Shown: one piece after another, positions 59,908-64,000 of the stretch
How the letters are laid out: each line of letters starts with the position of its first letter
Position numbering within the stretch: position 1 is the stretch's first letter
Assembly (NCBI GenBank): GCA_043228905.1
Contig: JBHGNT010000014.1
Location: forward strand, 8,618,001-8,682,000
Direction: 5' to 3'
DNA length: 64,000 nucleotides
Source of the DNA: Azolla caroliniana
Lineage: Eukaryota; Plantae; Polypodiophyta
Translations under genes and position numbers: made by a program
The notes under the pieces: model-generated
What the model saw: only the letters and a program-made list of their open reading frames with translations
Database searches by the model: none
What the model was told of the DNA's origin: nothing

Positions 59908-62039
59908 TATGCGCTCAGTATGGTTTTTAATGTAATTATGAATTCATGAGAAATTTCTTTGTAAAATGGAGAACCAATCTTAGAATCTAGTACACAGGAA
60001 TTTCAAAAAATCATATCTAATCTACCCGTATGCATGCCTTTGTTTTTAGTACATTGAGGAAATGTAGGTCACACATCCTCTCTTGCTGCCCAATATTTAG
60101 CAATTTGTAGTCTATTTTGATGTGAGTGTATATTTGAATGGATGGCACATCTCCATCTCCTAGGCATGGGTGCTGAATGTGAGGTTGGAGCTGTCATTAA
60201 CTTTATTGAATGTGAATTCAGTTGCAATAATACTAAAACTCATATTTCTCATCTTGCTATTGCCAACAATGTGCCCAAATATTGAACATGCCATTAGCAA
60301 ATCATGAAAGGTATAAGCGGAGGAAACATCAGCGGTTAGAAGGATTGATTTCTCATGATCTTTTTATGCATGCTGAAGTACACTATTGTCTCATGATCTT
60401 TTAATTCATACTCAGAAGTACACTATTGTTACTATCATATCTTGTATGTATGAACTACTTTCACCATCGTCTATCGATGAAGTATTCTCAATAATGCTAC
60501 CATTTATTTTCCCCCATACTTAAGCTCTTCACCTTTCTTTAGGTACATTTCTCTAAGTGAAACCAAGATAAAGGGGGTTAATTTTAGGTGGGCAGGCATT
60601 ATGGACATTAGATGATTTAAGAACAATAGAGAAGATTTGAAGATTGAGACAAGGAGATTGCTATGTCTTGGCTTATCCAGCTGATTTTTGCTTGTTTGCA
60701 TATGATATTCCTTGGGATGAAGATGATTAATGGATCAATGTCGTCATGGGCTACACAATGATGTGGAGGATTTGCTCCTGATTACTTTCCATAAAGATCG
60801 AAAATCATTGATGGAGGCCATAAGTCATGCATTACAAGGTGATAATCAACAATTTGAGGGATGTTCTGAACGAAAAAAAACTACTCAATTATGGAGCAAA
60901 ATCATGTATGGGTGGTAGTAGACCCACCTTCCCCACTCAAGCACTTGATATAGTTATGAAAGGTGGCCCCACTCCAATGGAGATTGATGTCGCACATCAT
61001 TGACATCGTTGAGGTTTATTGATTTAAGTTGAAACGCAGTGATGTTAAGCAAACCTTAACACCTATATTATGGTGGTAAGTAGAAATAAATGCAATCAAT
61101 GTCTTTCCTTTCCTTTTTCTATTGAACCCTTATTGATTAATTATAGATCCAACGATAAGATAAAGAATTTTCTTGAGATGTTGGGTCAATTTCTCTATAT
61201 ATCCAACCTTTCCTCATGTCATATCCACCCCAAAGAAGATTTCTCAAGAAAAAGGTAGTAGCAGTTGCAACGAGAGTATCTAGTAGCGCAAATGTTGCCA
61301 TCAATTTGTAGAGTTGCACCTATGCCTGACCGTACATGTGGAACTTTATGTCTCACAATCATTTGATCTCAGTCAAGATCTACGTCTCATTGATAGGGAA
61401 AATCTTATACAATTCCGTATATCGCGCCACATGGAACAAATAGAAAGAAACTTAATGGTTTGTCACGATCTCTACTCACAAGTGAAAAACCAACCAGACT
61501 TGGCACACCTAATCCATCTAATATTATTGGGTGTTAGTGCTTCAATACGATATTTTAACTATGGGCTAGAGAGGTTTTGTTTGAAGGAGTTGCACATTAT
61601 ATAACGATTGATGTTATACTATTATTGGGGTTGCTTATGTGTGATACCAGGAGGAAAAACAATTTAAAAATCCCTATAGAATCCAAAGTATCGAGCATCC
61701 GGTTTAGTAAGAGCCCATCGCAAGCGTTGTCACATGTAGTGGTTCCCATACCCATGCCTTGACGTTACATAGTTTGTCTCATTGACCATTTATGCATAGG
61801 GATCTATTAACCTAACCTAGACAACAAATTAATCAAGTGCTAAACTTGATCTTGATTCTCCAAATACACCTATAGCCACCCTAGTAACCCTAGTAGCCTT
61901 GCACAACTTAATAGTTTTGAAGTCCTTTGCCAACTAGACAAAGTGTTGGTGTAAGTCCAACCAAAATAGGAGCTATTTGGTAGGACAACATAGAATTCTT
62001 AAGAGTCAAAATTAATGGTTTAATAGTAACAAATCAAGT

Positions 62040-64000
62040 TAGTAGGAATTTGGAGACACAAGTTGAAATTAGTACTATTGGATGTCATCGAAACCTTGCC
62101 TCTACTTTCTTAAATTTAGGAGCCAACTCTTGCTTTATGGACCGAAAATTTGACTTAACAGAAATAGTCCTCTTGAAAAGCCTTCCTAGTCTAGCATATA
62201 TCAGAGTTATAGATGGCTAGCCTATTTCCTTTGGAGACTTAACCGAAAAGTCTAAATTAGTTCACGTAGTTCTTGCGTAATCCCAAAGTTGATTGTAGAA
62301 AAAAAACCAATCCTAGAATCCTAGAAAAACCATACTAACTTCTCTATTGCTTCAAACTCAAGTGTGTCATCAATTTTCAACAATTTCTCCACAAAGGTTA
62401 GATACCTTGCTTTCAACCAAGTACCAAGAACTCAAAGAATTTGATAAGGAAAAGTCTAATATGCTCCCAAAACACCAACCAGGAAAAGATCCCTAATGAA
62501 GTCCAATTTGTAACCTAGTGCCATTAGACCTTAAGGTTCTTCGAGAATATATCAAAGAGAATTTTGAAAAGGTGATTCATTCGACATTCTAGATCTCCTA
62601 TGAGAGTCTTCATCTTCTTTGCTAAGAAGAAAGATGGGTTGCTTTGCTTGGCTGTAGATTATCAAAGCTTAAATGGAGTGATAATTTGAAATGAGTATGC
62701 CTCGTCTCTAATCTCAACCCTATTGGAGCATTTGAGTAGACCTAATTTCTTCCTAAATCTTGATCTTCAAGGTGCTTTTAAGTTGGTTTGGTTTCGCATA
62801 GGTGATGAACAGAAAACCACATTTTGACCATGGTTGTTTACGTACCTGTATTTAACGTTTAAATACGTATAGTACCTCATCATTTGTATAGTACGTACTA
62901 TACCTCAATGTTGTTCAGTCAAATATCATCATGTACATTTGTCCAATACAGTATTTAACGTATTTATAAAAAAACAGGTATAATACGTATTTATAAAGAA
63001 AAAAAACCCTAACAAAAAGCAAAAGAAAAAAAAGATTTTAGTGAAAAAGAAGCCAAAGGAAGGAAGAATAGAAGAGACGACGAAGTAGTAATATACTAAG
63101 GTCTCGTTCTGTTTTTCTTATGTAGACTTTTCAAGTAATATACTAAGGTGTATCTTACTTTAAAAAAAAAAAAAAAAAAGAGACGACGATGAAGAAGAAG
63201 AAGAAGAAGAAGAAGAAGAAGAAGAAGAAGAAGAAAGAAAAGAAGACATAAACCTATCTTGAGTGTGATAATCGCAGAAGATAGAAGAAGAACAACAACA
63301 ACAAAGAAAAGAAGACATAAACCTATCTTGAGTGTGATAATCGCAGAAGATAGAAGAAGAAGAAGAAAACGAAGAAAAGAGAAACCTATCATGAGTGTGA
63401 TAATCGTAGACGATTCCTCAATCTATGAAGGTATAATTGTAAATAATTACAATTTGAAGTAGAACATCGTGATACACACTTACATTGATTATAGAATAAG
63501 GGAATATCGACATTCATATTACTACAAGTATTTTAGGATGTGAAATGTTCAAATGTCTTATATGCATTTTAGGATGTAGAACTATACTGTACAATGTACA
63601 TCACAAAATTTTGTAAACATAGATTTTTTTTTACAATATTATGGATATTTTTTAGAAAGGTAAATAATTTTCAAATTCTAGAAGTATTTAACGTACTATA
63701 CGTAAAATACGTATTTTATAAGTATTTAACATACTAAGAAAACGTATTTAACGTATTTTTAAATTGGGAGGTACTATACGGGTATTAATACGTTAAATAC
63801 GTATGGTATCCGTACCGTACCTAACGTACCTAACAACCTTGATTTTGACTCAATATGGACATTTCGAGCATACAATTGTGCCTTTCAAAATCATAAACGT
63901 GCAAGCAGTTTTCCCTCTAAGGGTCAATGATATATTTCGAGACTTCATAGAAATATTCATCATTGTTTAACTTGATGACATCTTGATCTTTGCCTAGGAT
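62040..64000 (+). pseudogene. Highly decayed Ty3/Gypsy (Tf/chromovirus-like) PR-RT
   Basis: GANSCFMD, LKVLREYIKEN, FAKKKDGLLCLAVDYQSLN, LDLQGAF, GDEQKTTF|TQYGHFE, LDDILIF. Confidence 0.8.
62829..63841. mobile_element. Non-autonomous hAT element (MITE) with TACGT subterminal motifs and GAA repeats
   Basis: TIR CAwGGTTGTT, 8-bp TSD ATTTTGAC (62821-62828 / 63842-63849); splits the RT motif KTTF|TQYG. Confidence 0.92.

Noticed and set aside
60480-61780. Faint RT-like fragments on the minus strand (LLDTLV..LWG)
   Set aside because: Possibly a very old LINE, but too decayed to support a call by eye.

Overview
Plant nuclear DNA; spliceosomal introns and plant TE families are evident, and a fern or other seed-free plant is only my guess. 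About 85% of the window is nested transposable elements. 1-31235 is a stack of LTR retrotransposons. A young Ty3/Gypsy element (3891-13748, minus strand, near-identical 420-bp LTRs, TSD GGCCT, gag-pol plus a 999-aa extra ORF) sits inside an older relative (<1-17224). That relative interrupts the integrase of a third, plus-strand Gypsy (<17225-31235), which carries a second aspartic protease after integrase and a very long accessory ORF split by a near-intact Copia (20886-26421). A Mutator/MULE element (32883-37100) lies just upstream of the only host gene, an SMP+C2-domain NTMC2T5/synaptotagmin-like gene (8 coding exons, 37934-59907). Its first coding intron is 16.2 kb and holds three Copia elements, a hAT MITE and a LINE. 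The window ends in a decayed Gypsy pol containing another hAT MITE. Top finding: the young Gypsy has no polypurine tract next to its 3' LTR. In its place is a 17-nt copy of a tRNA-Arg 3' end including CCA, with textbook PBS spacing, in addition to a PBS-like site at the 5' LTR. This suggests both cDNA strands may be tRNA-primed. All alignments were done by eye and tRNA identities are from memory.
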